Of a DNA stretch of 64,000 bases, positions 30,883 to 40,431 are shown piece after piece. Origin of the DNA: Chloroflexota bacterium (GTDB lineage Bacteria; Chloroflexota; UBA11872; VXOZ01); NCBI GenBank assembly GCA_964291655.2, contig OZ219802.1, forward strand, positions 2,048,001 through 2,112,000. The letters are read 5' to 3'. The translations under genes were made by a program, and so were the position numbers. The notes beneath the pieces were generated by a model that was not told the DNA's origin, did not search any database, and saw nothing but the letters and a program-made list of their open reading frames with translations. Each line of letters opens with the position of its first letter. Position 1 is the first letter of the stretch.

Positions 30883-31476
30883 CTACTCTCCGCTTTGCTG
30901 CTTGCTCTCCGCCTGGCATAGCGGGCAAGCGCCCGGTTCGCTCAACTGGGTGCCACACTGCTCGCAGCGGTGAAGACCCCCCTCCTCCGTTGCTTCCAAG
31001 CGGGCGACGGCTTGTTGGCGCACGGCAGGGTCTGCGATGAGCTCGATGGCTTGGCGCAGGCGGCGTTGGCGGTCGGTGTCATCGTCCGTGGCGGCGGGCG
31101 GGCGCGGCGTTTTTCTATTCGGCTGGGGAAGTGAACCCGGCGTAGCGCGGGGGGCAGGCCGTTGGCCGCGCACGCGGAATTCGAGTTTGCTCACGAGCGG
31201 TCGGCCCATTATCTTGTTCAGATCGCGCATAAGCTGGGGCGTGCGCATGTGCAGTTCGTGGATGGCGGCCGAAGAAGGGGCTTCCACGACCAGGACGCCG
31301 CGCAGGAAACGGACGGGACGCGCAGCACGGGCATGAATGGGTAATTCCGCCGCCACAGCGCGCCAGGCGGCGAACGCCGCGGCGCGCTTGAGCTGCTCGG
31401 AGATGCCAAGCTCTTCGATGGTGCCGGGCAGGATGTCCTTCAGCGATTTAAACACACGCAGTCCTTCCTCCCACAT
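30883..31476 (-). CDS. DciA/DUF721 family protein with C-terminal Zn ribbon
   Basis: AWRAVA..ARPVRFLRGVLVVEAPSSAAIHEL..LEFRV; terminal CEQC..CPLC. Confidence 0.8.
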   Translation of the reverse strand: MWEEGLRVFKSLKDILPGTIEELGISEQLKRAAAFAAWRAVAAELPIHARAARPVRFLRGVLVVEAPSSAAIHELHMRTPQLMRDLNKIMGRPLVSKLEFRVRGQRPAPRATPGSLPQPNRKTPRPPAATDDDTDRQRRLRQAIELIADPAVRQQAVARLEATEEGGLHRCEQCGTQLSEPGACPLCQAESKQQSGE

Positions 31477-31565
31477 AAGCCTAGCATAGTCTCGAGTGAG
31501 CTTAGACTAGCTTTCCCATTGGCACTAGCGGTGCCATCTCTAGATGAGACCTCTGCACAACCTTT

Positions 31566-31828
31566 GCCGCAGCGTGGAAGTCCTTTCACCGTCCTCGCCG
31601 TAGCGATGCGGCAGCTCATGGCCCGTGGGCGGCGAAATGCCAAAACATCGAGACAACGTGCGTACGTTCGCGTCCGGCAGCCGCGCCAGAGCGAGGAATT
31701 CACGCTTCGCATCCGCAGCAGTCCTCTCCTTCCCAGGCATGAGGCGCTTCCTTCATTACTCAAGAAGAGTGCCCTAATGTGTAAAGTATGTCTGCGCACA
31801 CCCGTTAAGTATCTCCGAGGTCTATTCA
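31566..31828 (-). pseudogene. IS481-family remnant: terminal repeat plus truncated transposase N-terminus
   Basis: MPGKE..REFLALA..ANVRTLSRCFGISPPTG matches the IS481 HTH start; minus-strand end TGAATAGACC..TTACACATT resembles the 17349/39311 MITE ends; truncated at a GAGACCTCTGCACAACC end (31546). Confidence 0.75.
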
Positions 31829-32095
31829 AGAGGACCGGGGTGAGGGGGGAATCGTCCGCGGATTCCGCCCAATTCCCTTGTGGCCGTCAGAGCTACGAAC
31901 GTGTCCCCTCTGGATTCTGCGTCGGCACAAATGGGACGAGTATTGACTATTCCGTCCGTACTTCGACACTTCGGCTATCCTGCACTGAGCTAGCTGAAGT
32001 GCACAAGACAGGCAGGCCCAACACGTACGGCTTCACCGCCTCGTCCGTTACACTGAAGTGAGACTCTCCATGGCACAGCAGAGGAGACGGCGCCT

Positions 32096-32908
32096 GTGAG
32101 GATCCCGATTACGATGTCGCACGGCACCGATCAATACCCAGGCCAGCGCAACCCGCTGACCAAAGAACATTTCGCGCAGCTCGTTGCTATCGCGCACGAA
32201 CTGGAATTCCAATCCATCAGCTACGATGACCTGGCAGCATGGCTGTGGCACGGCGGCACATTGCCGGAGCGTCCCATCATGTTCGACTTCGACCATCCGA
32301 TGAAGTCCATGCGGCATGAGGTGTTCCCAGTGCTGGACGAATATGGGTACACGGCAAACCTCTTCATCAACACCGGTCTGATGGACGACATGTACCACGC
32401 AGGCGTGCCGCACGTTGCCGAGCGGCGATACTTGCTCTGGGAAGAGGCCGGCGAACTGGCCGAGGCCGGCTGGCAGATCGGCGCGCACACGGTTACCCAC
32501 CCCAACCTCTCGGAGCTCAGTCAGTTAGATCCCACCGGCGAGAAGCTGCGCGCCGAGCTGGAACAGTGCGACGCAACGATTGAAAAACACCTCGGCATCA
32601 CGCCGCAGGATTTCGCCTTTACCGGCACGAGTTGGAGCAGCAGCGCGGAACGTGAAGTGAAGGCGCGCTATCGCTTTGGTCGCTTGTGGATTGTCGGAGC
32701 GGAGTACCAGGTGGACGGCAAGAAGACCCGTTACGCAGACCTGGCCGGTGTGCCTGGAGCAGACGAGCCTGACGGCGGCCCGCCCCGCGCCGCGCGCTAC
32801 ATCACGCGCCATGCCGATCCCTACCGCCTACCGTCCATGGAGATCAACGCGCTCATCTTCGCGCCCGCAGCCTTTCGCCGCTATCTGGAAGGTGCTTGGG
32901 AAGCCTAG
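32096..32908 (+). CDS. Polysaccharide deacetylase (CE4/NodB-like)
   Basis: LPERPIMFDFD, ANLFINTG, IGAHTVTHPNL, DPYRLP. Confidence 0.82.
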   Translation: MRIPITMSHGTDQYPGQRNPLTKEHFAQLVAIAHELEFQSISYDDLAAWLWHGGTLPERPIMFDFDHPMKSMRHEVFPVLDEYGYTANLFINTGLMDDMYHAGVPHVAERRYLLWEEAGELAEAGWQIGAHTVTHPNLSELSQLDPTGEKLRAELEQCDATIEKHLGITPQDFAFTGTSWSSSAEREVKARYRFGRLWIVGAEYQVDGKKTRYADLAGVPGADEPDGGPPRAARYITRHADPYRLPSMEINALIFAPAAFRRYLEGAWEA

Positions 32909-33053
32909 CAGGCGTTGTCAGCACCGTGTTGCACCAGCGCAGTCTGTGACTGCGCTTTGGCATTACACTCCTGCCCTGCCGTACGCCTCTAAGGTCTGAC
33001 GACATCAAGTAGCAGGAGTGCGGGAAAGGAGAGAGCTAATTCACAGTGTGCCG

Positions 33054-34340
33054 TTAGCCTGCGCGGTGCACCGGCGCTTGCGTACTTGAGAGTTTCTCCA
33101 GTAACCTTGCTCCGGTTTGGCCTGCATCGTATTGCTGCATCGTGCGGGCGAGCGCCGCAGCCTTCTTGTGCACATCTGCTGATCTCAGCATCGTCTCGAT
33201 AGCCCCGCGTAGCGCCGCGCTCGAGGCACGTGCAGGATCAACCGCAGTGCCGACCCCGAGCCACTGGACGCGCTGCGCATTGTCGGGCTGGTCGTCCGCA
33301 AAAGGCACAACCACCGCCGGCTTACCGTGCAGCAGCGCACCCATTGTCGAGCTCAAGCCGCCGTGGTGCACCACGACCTGCGCTTTCGGAATGATGATGC
33401 TGTTCGGCACGAACCGTTCAACGCGTACGTTGCCCGGCGGCGTGGGTAAATCGGAGAGATTGCCGCCGGTGGTCACCACCACGTCGGCATCAAGTCCCCG
33501 CGCTGCCTCAAAGAGCGTAGCGAAGAACGCTGACTGGTAGATGCTCTGCACCGTGCCGATGGTGGCGTACACAAGCGGTCGCTCGCCGGGCAAGGTCTCC
33601 AGCCACGCCGGCACTGCATAGTCGCGCGGGCGGTCCCAGAGAGACGGACCGACAAAGTGCACCGTGGGCGGCCAGTTCTGCCGAGGGTATTCGAACTCCC
33701 ACGGCATTAATGCGAGCATTAAGTACGGCGAAATGGTGCTCCTGAGGTAGCTGTCGCGGACGGGCGGCAAGCCGAATTCGGCGCGAATTTCGTTGAACTG
33801 GCGGTCGTGCCGACGCGCCACAATGCGGAAGAGCGACCAGAATAAGGGCGTCGCGCAGCGCTGGAGTAGGTTGGGAGGATAGGGTAGCCTGATTCCGTAG
33901 GGATGCGCGCCTTCGCCCTCAAGCAGCCCGGGCGCTACCGTCGTCGTAGCCCACGGCAGGCCGGTAGTATCCGCCACGATGCTGGCGAGATGCGTGAAGC
34001 CATCGAAGACAAGCACGTCCGGTTGCCACGACGTTACGGCGTCCAATACTTCACGGGCAGCGGTGGCGGCAAACGAGTAGAAGACCTCGCGAATCATGTA
34101 GTCCAAGCGTCGCTTGCCGCGCAGCCGTCCCAGCTCCGGCCAGCGCCTGAGCGCTTCTTCCGCTGTGATTGCCGGCCCCACCGGGAAGAATTGAGTTGCC
34201 AATGGCGCTACTGTCCCCTCCATGCTCGGACCGGTAGCGTAGCCTACCACGTGCCCGCGTTCACGCAACGCTTGCACAATGGGGAGCGTGGGGTTTATGT
34301 GCCCGGAAGCCGGTATGGCGGCAAACAGAAAGCGAGCCAC
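33054..34340 (-). CDS. GT1 glycosyltransferase (MGT/UDP-glucuronosyltransferase-like)
   Basis: GHINPTL, FVGPSL, FVPNS..HHGG, PFADDQ. Confidence 0.92.
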   Translation of the reverse strand: MARFLFAAIPASGHINPTLPIVQALRERGHVVGYATGPSMEGTVAPLATQFFPVGPAITAEEALRRWPELGRLRGKRRLDYMIREVFYSFAATAAREVLDAVTSWQPDVLVFDGFTHLASIVADTTGLPWATTTVAPGLLEGEGAHPYGIRLPYPPNLLQRCATPLFWSLFRIVARRHDRQFNEIRAEFGLPPVRDSYLRSTISPYLMLALMPWEFEYPRQNWPPTVHFVGPSLWDRPRDYAVPAWLETLPGERPLVYATIGTVQSIYQSAFFATLFEAARGLDADVVVTTGGNLSDLPTPPGNVRVERFVPNSIIIPKAQVVVHHGGLSSTMGALLHGKPAVVVPFADDQPDNAQRVQWLGVGTAVDPARASSAALRGAIETMLRSADVHKKAAALARTMQQYDAGQTGARLLEKLSSTQAPVHRAG

Positions 34341-34609
34341 TCTATTTCAATTCACGTCTACAGCAGTCGCGTGGGCGGCTGCAACGAAACTCTCGCGGAT
34401 AGCGGGACGAAACGACCATAGTACAATGGTAGCAAAGGCGTCGGTTGGCAGGGCCGGTTTACCGATCATACTCGGGTCAACGGCAGCGAGAGGTGTGCAG
34501 GACCCAGATGACGCGCGGGCTGCAAGCCGTTTCTACGTGACTTCACTCACGGCAGACGGGTCCGTCTGCGGTGATCGTGACAGCATTCTGCAGTTTATGT
34601 GAGAGTAGC

Positions 34610-35962
34610 ATGAATCCCACTACCCAAAACGATAGGACACGCGGCGGCATAGAAGACCTCTCCGGCTGTCGGGCCGTGGTCATGGGGCTGGGTCTGCATG
34701 GCGGCGGCGTGGGCGTCGTGCAGTATCTGGCGGCACAGGGAGCTGCGGTTACGGTTACAGACTTACGGGACGCGGAGACGCTACGTCCCTCATTGGCAGA
34801 GTTGGAGGGTCTGTCGCTTCGCTACGTCCTGGGACGTCACGAGGAGGATGACTTCCAGCGCGCCGACCTGGTCATTCGCAATCCCGCCGTGCCGCTGGAT
34901 TCACCGTACCTGGCCGTGGCGCGCAAGGCCGGTGCGCGGATCGAGATGGAGAGCAGTCTTTTCATACGCGCATGTCCCAGCCCTTACATTGCGGGCATTA
35001 CCGGCACCAAGGGCAAGACCACGACCACGGTGCTGCTCTCCCAGATGCTGGCCGCGGCCGGATGTCACGTGGTTACGGCCGGCAACCTGCGCGTCTCGAT
35101 GTTGAGCCAACTTGCGGACATTAGCGAGGAAACGCGAGTGGTGTTGGAGCTATCCAGTTGGCAGTTAGAGGCCTTTGTGCCGCATGCCTACAGCCCGCCG
35201 CTGGCCGTGGTGACAAACGTACTGCCAGACCACCTGAATCGCTATGCGGGCATGGACGACTATGCGGCTGCCAAGGAGATCAATGTTCAGTACCAACACG
35301 CGGACGACATGGCTGTCCTCAATCGTGGCAATGCCTACACGCGGCAGATGGGCAAGCGGGCGCCTGGACGCGTGACGTGGTTTTCCGCCCAAGATACCAT
35401 CCCGGGTGAAGCAGATTCCCCGCTGCGGGGCGCCCACCTGCGGGAAAACCTGGCTGCGGCATCGGCTGCCGCGCGGGTATGGGGCGTGGACGATACCGCG
35501 ATCGTAGCGGCGGTGCAGAGCTTTGCCGGTGTGCCGCATCGGCAGGAATTGGTGCGGGAGTGGCGCGGCATCCGCTTCATAAACGACACCACCGCCACCA
35601 TGCCCACCGCTACGGTTGCGTGCGTCGAGACTATTCCCGGCCCGAAGGTACTCCTGCTGGGCGGCGCGGATAAGCAGCTCGACTTTGCGGGGCTGGCGCA
35701 GTCGCTGCATGCCCATAGAGAGGTGATCCGGGGTATTGTGCTCTTGGAAGGCAGCGCCACGGACCGATTAATGGCGGTATTGCCACTGCCTGTCGCTGGC
35801 CGGTATGCAGACATGGATGAAGCGCTTACACAGGCCGTCGCGCTGGCCCGCGCCGGAGACGCGGTCATCCTCTCGCCGGGCTGCGCCTCGTTCGGCATGT
35901 TCCAGCACGAGTTCGAACGCGGCGAGGCTTTCCGTAGGTGGGTCGCCGACTTGCCTGAGTGA
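34610..35962 (+). CDS. murD: UDP-MurNAc-L-Ala:D-Glu ligase MurD
   Basis: MGLGLHGGG, ITGTKGKTTT, ELSSWQL, PDHLNRY, GVPHRQE, NDTTAT, LSPGCASFGMF. Confidence 0.96.
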   Translation: MNPTTQNDRTRGGIEDLSGCRAVVMGLGLHGGGVGVVQYLAAQGAAVTVTDLRDAETLRPSLAELEGLSLRYVLGRHEEDDFQRADLVIRNPAVPLDSPYLAVARKAGARIEMESSLFIRACPSPYIAGITGTKGKTTTTVLLSQMLAAAGCHVVTAGNLRVSMLSQLADISEETRVVLELSSWQLEAFVPHAYSPPLAVVTNVLPDHLNRYAGMDDYAAAKEINVQYQHADDMAVLNRGNAYTRQMGKRAPGRVTWFSAQDTIPGEADSPLRGAHLRENLAAASAAARVWGVDDTAIVAAVQSFAGVPHRQELVREWRGIRFINDTTATMPTATVACVETIPGPKVLLLGGADKQLDFAGLAQSLHAHREVIRGIVLLEGSATDRLMAVLPLPVAGRYADMDEALTQAVALARAGDAVILSPGCASFGMFQHEFERGEAFRRWVADLPE

Positions 35963-36100
35963 GCAACCAAATGTGACGCCCATTGTAGGGGCTCCGAGTT
36001 TCTTGCGGATTCAGCACGGGATAGGGAATTACAATTGGTAGGGCGCGCGTTGCGCAAACGTCGTACGAAAGAATGTTTAACTCGCAGAGAGGAAGTGTGT

Positions 36101-37315
36101 ATGAACACAGCACTGATCACTGGCTATGATCACTTTGGCGGTATCCACCCGGAAACTGCCACTATTGCTAACTGCCTGCGTTGTCTGGGCGTGGAGAATC
36201 CGGCCACCGGCAAGCCGTTCAGCGAGGCAATGCTCTTTGGCATCGCGGGCGGCTTGGGGGCATGCTACATCCTGTGGGAATTCAAAGAGTACAATCGCCC
36301 GGTCGTCGTGTTCGGATTTCAAAACACATTCAACTACCCGGTCCGGTATGTGACAAAGCTCTGCGAGCGGCTCAATGTCACGCCTGAGTTTCGTGAAACC
36401 GGCGGGATGAAGAAAGCGAGAGCAACTCTCGATGACGCTCTGGTAGCGAATCGACCCGCGATTCTTTGGTTGGAACGGGAACTGCTCGACTACTACAACC
36501 GCGACCCCGGCGACACCGGCTGGTTTAGCTGGGTTGTGACCGCCTGCGGCTACGATCCGAGCGCCGACGTGTACACGATAGACGATACGGGTGCGCGGCC
36601 GTTCACGGTGCCAAGCGCTTCCCTCACCGCCTCCCGCCAGCGCATTCCATCGTTTAAGAATCGCCTCTTGCTTCTTTCGCCAACGGAATCAATGGACCTA
36701 CCGGCAGCCATTAGAGAAGGTATTCAAGGGAATGTAGAATACCTAGGGTCAAAGTCGACCTCGTTCGCGCTGCCTACGCTGCGCAAGTGGGCGCGCATGC
36801 TCACGGATACCAAGAACGCGAAGGGCTGGCCCACCGTATTTGCGGAAGGCAAGTGTCTCTTCTCCGGTCTGGCCTCGGTCTACGAGGGGATCATGCATGA
36901 AGGCAGCGACGGCACCGCCCTGCGCGGCATGTACGCCGACTTTCTCGCAGAAGCCGCGGTGATTTTGGAGTCTCCGGCGCTCGATGAGGCTGCATCAGCA
37001 TACCGTGCATTAGGCGCAAAGTGGGAGGGGTTGGCGGAGATGGCGCTCGACCCGGCAGTAGAGCCCTTAGCTGCCGCCCGCGCGATTCTTGATGGGCGTG
37101 AAGCTGCCATTAAGACAGGCGGCGACGACCAGGCCGATGCGATTGTCGGACTCGGTAAGGAGTTTGAAGCTATGCGCCCGGCCCTGGACGCCGACTTTCC
37201 ACGTGACGAAGCCTGGATCGGCGACCTCTTTGCGCGGATGCAGAGTCAACTCAACGACATCTATGCTCATGAGATGGCCGCACTAGACTTGCTACGGTCC
37301 TCATTGGACGGGTGA
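36101..37315 (+). CDS. BtrH_N/DUF4872-like protein
   Basis: FSEAMLFGIAGGLG motif, VVTACGYD strand, helical C-terminus LRGMYADFLAEAA. Confidence 0.72.
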   Translation: MNTALITGYDHFGGIHPETATIANCLRCLGVENPATGKPFSEAMLFGIAGGLGACYILWEFKEYNRPVVVFGFQNTFNYPVRYVTKLCERLNVTPEFRETGGMKKARATLDDALVANRPAILWLERELLDYYNRDPGDTGWFSWVVTACGYDPSADVYTIDDTGARPFTVPSASLTASRQRIPSFKNRLLLLSPTESMDLPAAIREGIQGNVEYLGSKSTSFALPTLRKWARMLTDTKNAKGWPTVFAEGKCLFSGLASVYEGIMHEGSDGTALRGMYADFLAEAAVILESPALDEAASAYRALGAKWEGLAEMALDPAVEPLAAARAILDGREAAIKTGGDDQADAIVGLGKEFEAMRPALDADFPRDEAWIGDLFARMQSQLNDIYAHEMAALDLLRSSLDG

Positions 37316-37392
37316 CCCGCGCGTTAACCTTCTCAGCCAGGCAGATCCTTGCATCACATCGGCCTCGGTGCAAGGGTTGCTCCCTCCCTGAG

Positions 37393-37650
37393 GAGACCCT
37401 TGCGAAACCTAAGGGGAAGCGAAAGCGTTCCCACTCCCTCGACGGGAGTGGGCTAGAGCCTGCCCCGTACGTGATACGGGGGTGCGGGTGAATCTCCTGA
37501 AGTCTCTCCATATGTACACCGATTCTGCCCTGATACGTCTTGACACTACTCAGCGTAAAGGCCATTGTAGCAAAGAGACCCCCTCACCCCAACTCTCTCA
37601 TCCAGGAGAGGGAGTGCCCCTGTTTGAAAGTGGGGTTATGCAAGGTTCTC
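37393..37650. mobile_element. GAGACC-ended MITE, inverted empty homolog of 17296-17822
   Basis: Reverse-complement homology (e.g. CTGCCCTGATACGTCTTGACACT) without the IS481-type MITE; contains a GAGCCTGCCCCGTAC..ATACGGGG repeat. Confidence 0.82.
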
Positions 37651-37758
37651 CGAGGGAGAGTCGGTGTGGGTAGTCTTGGATAATCCAACTCCCTCCTCAG
37701 CGTGGGAACCGCAAGGGTCTTCACCCGGGAGCAGCATCCCGAAGTTTCCCAGCATCTC

Positions 37759-39204
37759 CTACGGCTGCGACGCCGATCCTTCCAGCACGCGCCGGGCGGC
37801 TTGGGCTTTCACCAGTGTCTCTTCATACTCCGCTTGCGGATCGGAATCGGCCACCACCGCGCCGCCCACTTGCAGGTAGAGGCGGTCGCGCGTAAGAACC
37901 ACCGTACGGATGACGATGCTTGTATCCATCGTGCCGTCAAAGCCAAGATAGCCGATGGCGCCGCAGTAGATTCCGCGCCGCACGGGTTCAAGCTCTTCGA
38001 TGATCTCCATTGCCCGAATCTTGGGACAGCCGGTTACCGACCCGCCGGGAAACGCAGCCTCAAGCGCTGCCACGGCATCGGCTTCCGGGCGCAATTCTCC
38101 CGTAACCGCGCTGACGAGCTGCCAGACATTGCTGTAGCCTTCAACGTGCCAGAGGGAGGGCACGTTTATGGAGCCAAGCCGGCAGACTTTCCCCAAATCG
38201 TTGCGCAGCAGGTCGACGATCATGAGGTTCTCGGCGCGGTCCTTCTCGCTGGTGCGCAACTCCTCCGCCAGAGCGGAATCCAAAGTTGGCGTGCCCCCGC
38301 GCGGGCGCGTGCCTTTGATCGGCCGAGACTCCACAGCCCTATCGCGCACGTGGAGAAACCGTTCCGGAGAGGCGGACACGACCCAGCTATCGCCGAGATC
38401 GAGGTAGGCAGCAAACGGTACCGGACTCTCCTGCTGCAAGCGCTCGTAGAGTGTCCACGGCGATCCCTCCCAGCCTGCCGCAAACCGCTGCGAAAGGTTG
38501 ACCTGGTAAACGTCGCCGGCTGCGATATATCCCTGTGCCCGCTGCACCATTGCCAGGTACTGCTCGCGGGTCACATTCGCCTGCAAGGGCGTGGTGAGAC
38601 GGAAGCTTCCAGCGACATTTTCTCGCTCCTCGCGGGGCGTCTGGCAATTCGCAAGAATGTCTAGTATCTGCCCCTGCCGCGCCAAAGCGGCATCATCCGT
38701 GCCTTCCGGCAGGCCGGTAGTCACCAGCCAGGACGTTTCCGTTTGGTGGTCGTGGGCAAGCACCCAGTCGTAGCAGCCCAGGCTCATCTCAGGGGTAGGC
38801 ACGTCATTGCGGGCCTGCGACGGTAGTTCTTCAAGCTGGCGTCCTACGTCATAGGCGAATACGCCTACCGCGCCGCCTTGAAACGGCGGGCCGTGGGGCG
38901 CTGATGGGACGGCATACTCTGCCAGCAACTCGCGCAGCGCCGCGAACGGCTGCCCGTGGAACACGGTGGAGCGCTGGGGCTGCTGAGGCCACTCGACGGT
39001 GATGCGGTCGCCGGTGCTCTCCATGCGCACAAATGGGTCCGCAGTGAGGTAGGAATACCGTCCCAGCACGCCCTGTTGACTGCTTTCGAGCAGCGCCAAG
39101 CCCGGCAAATGGCCGAATGCCGGCGCGACCGCGCGAGGCACTATGGCCTCAGGTAACTGCCGTACCTGTACCGCAAGCGTGCTGGCGGTCACCGTGCTTA
39201 GCAT
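37759..39204 (-). CDS. pabB: Aminodeoxychorismate synthase component I
   Basis: LLESS, GRYS, FQGGAVG, YQVNLSQR, SPERF, PIKGT (PabB-specific Lys), AENLMIVDLLRND, GGAVVADS. Confidence 0.9.
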   Translation of the reverse strand: MLSTVTASTLAVQVRQLPEAIVPRAVAPAFGHLPGLALLESSQQGVLGRYSYLTADPFVRMESTGDRITVEWPQQPQRSTVFHGQPFAALRELLAEYAVPSAPHGPPFQGGAVGVFAYDVGRQLEELPSQARNDVPTPEMSLGCYDWVLAHDHQTETSWLVTTGLPEGTDDAALARQGQILDILANCQTPREERENVAGSFRLTTPLQANVTREQYLAMVQRAQGYIAAGDVYQVNLSQRFAAGWEGSPWTLYERLQQESPVPFAAYLDLGDSWVVSASPERFLHVRDRAVESRPIKGTRPRGGTPTLDSALAEELRTSEKDRAENLMIVDLLRNDLGKVCRLGSINVPSLWHVEGYSNVWQLVSAVTGELRPEADAVAALEAAFPGGSVTGCPKIRAMEIIEELEPVRRGIYCGAIGYLGFDGTMDTSIVIRTVVLTRDRLYLQVGGAVVADSDPQAEYEETLVKAQAARRVLEGSASQP

Positions 39205-39228
39205 ACGCCTTGGCCCCTCGTCCTGATG

Positions 39229-39656
39229 GAGACCTTTGCGTAGCCGCATTGGACCGGCGGCGCTGGGGCCGGACCGGCTGGATCTTTCCCCTCACCCCGA
39301 CCCTCTCCCCTGTACAGACCGGGGACATAGGTAACAGTTGTTCGGGGACATGGGTTACACATTTTACTGATTGACACCTACGAGAGCATTGGGTTGGTCC
39401 GGGTTTGAAAAGAGACTGGCGACACAGTGCACTCACTTTCCGCCTGTCAGCTTGTGCCAGAGAAACAAACAGTGTGCATAAGGATATTGAGTGGATCTAA
39501 CTTTCAAGGCAAGGACATCGCATACTACGAAAACCCCCTCGTTCTATGGTGTTACCTATGAGCCCGAACATGTGTTACCCATGTCCCCGGTCTATACACT
39601 CCCCCAGAGAGAGGGAGTACTACGTGCGCCTGCGGCCGAAATGTTGTTCAGGTCTC
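39229..39656. mobile_element. Degenerate GAGACC..GGTCTC element enclosing a palindrome and an IS481-type MITE
   Basis: GAGACCTTTGCGTAGCC left end, degenerate CAGGTCTC right end. Confidence 0.5.
39311..39598. mobile_element. 288-bp IS481-type MITE
   Basis: TGTACAGACCGGGGACAT..ATGTCCCCGGTCTATACA TIRs; 6-bp target duplication CTCCCC. Confidence 0.88.
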
Positions 39657-39837
39657 TTAAAGAGACTATGCCACAGGCAGGAGTGCTGCGGCATGTTAAG
39701 GGGGCACAGCTCCGAACACCTAGAGACCTATGCGCTACTGAGTAAGGCCAATATTAATGGGTCGGCGCAGGGGAGTCTTCCCTTCACCAATTGGCCGGTA
39801 CAGGGAAGTCTGCGCTTTCCCCCGGCCCTCTCCCCAG

Positions 39838-40280
39838 GTGGCCGTTTCACAAATGTATCGCTCCGTGTAGACTTGCCCTTCGACCCTTCGACAGGCTCAG
39901 GACAGGCAGGCTCTGGGCGAACGAATCAGGCAATAATCCGCACGTGCCGAGTGCTGCGCGAAGTCTGCTGCGCGAAACCTGCTTTCCCCAGGAGGCCGTC
40001 TCACAAATGCAACGCTCCGTGTAGACTTGCCCTTCGACCCTTCGACAAGCTCAGGGCGAACGGATTTGACAGGCTCTGGGCGAACGAAACAGGCAATAGT
40101 CCGTTCGTGCCGAGTGCTGCGCGAAGTCTGCTGCGCGAAACCTGCTTTCCCCAGGAGGCCGTCTCACAAATGCAACGCTCCGTGTAGACTTGCCCTTCGA
40201 CCCTTCGACAAGCTCAGCACAGGCTTGCCGGAGGGTCGAAGCACGATTTGGCTACTCTAGTCGCATCATGAGACACCCTC
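39838..40280. mobile_element. IS1182-end MITE with tandem amplification (units of 154 and 163 bp plus a final partial unit)
   Basis: Left-end motif G(A/T)GGCCGT(C/T)TCACAAAT at 39838, 39992 and 40155; right end TGAGACACCCTC at 40269-40280 identical to the IS1182 end; internal CCTTCGACAAGCTCAG repeats. Confidence 0.72.
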
Positions 40281-40431
40281 ACCATGGGGAGAAGGCCGGG
40301 GTGAGGGGCTATCTTCACCATTCCAGCCCAATTCCCGGCGTTCGTCAGAGTAACGCAGAAGGCTCTGAGAAGGGAGAAGGTCGCCACTTATTCTTAGCGA
40401 CTCCATGTTGGAAGAGCCTCATACGATGTGT

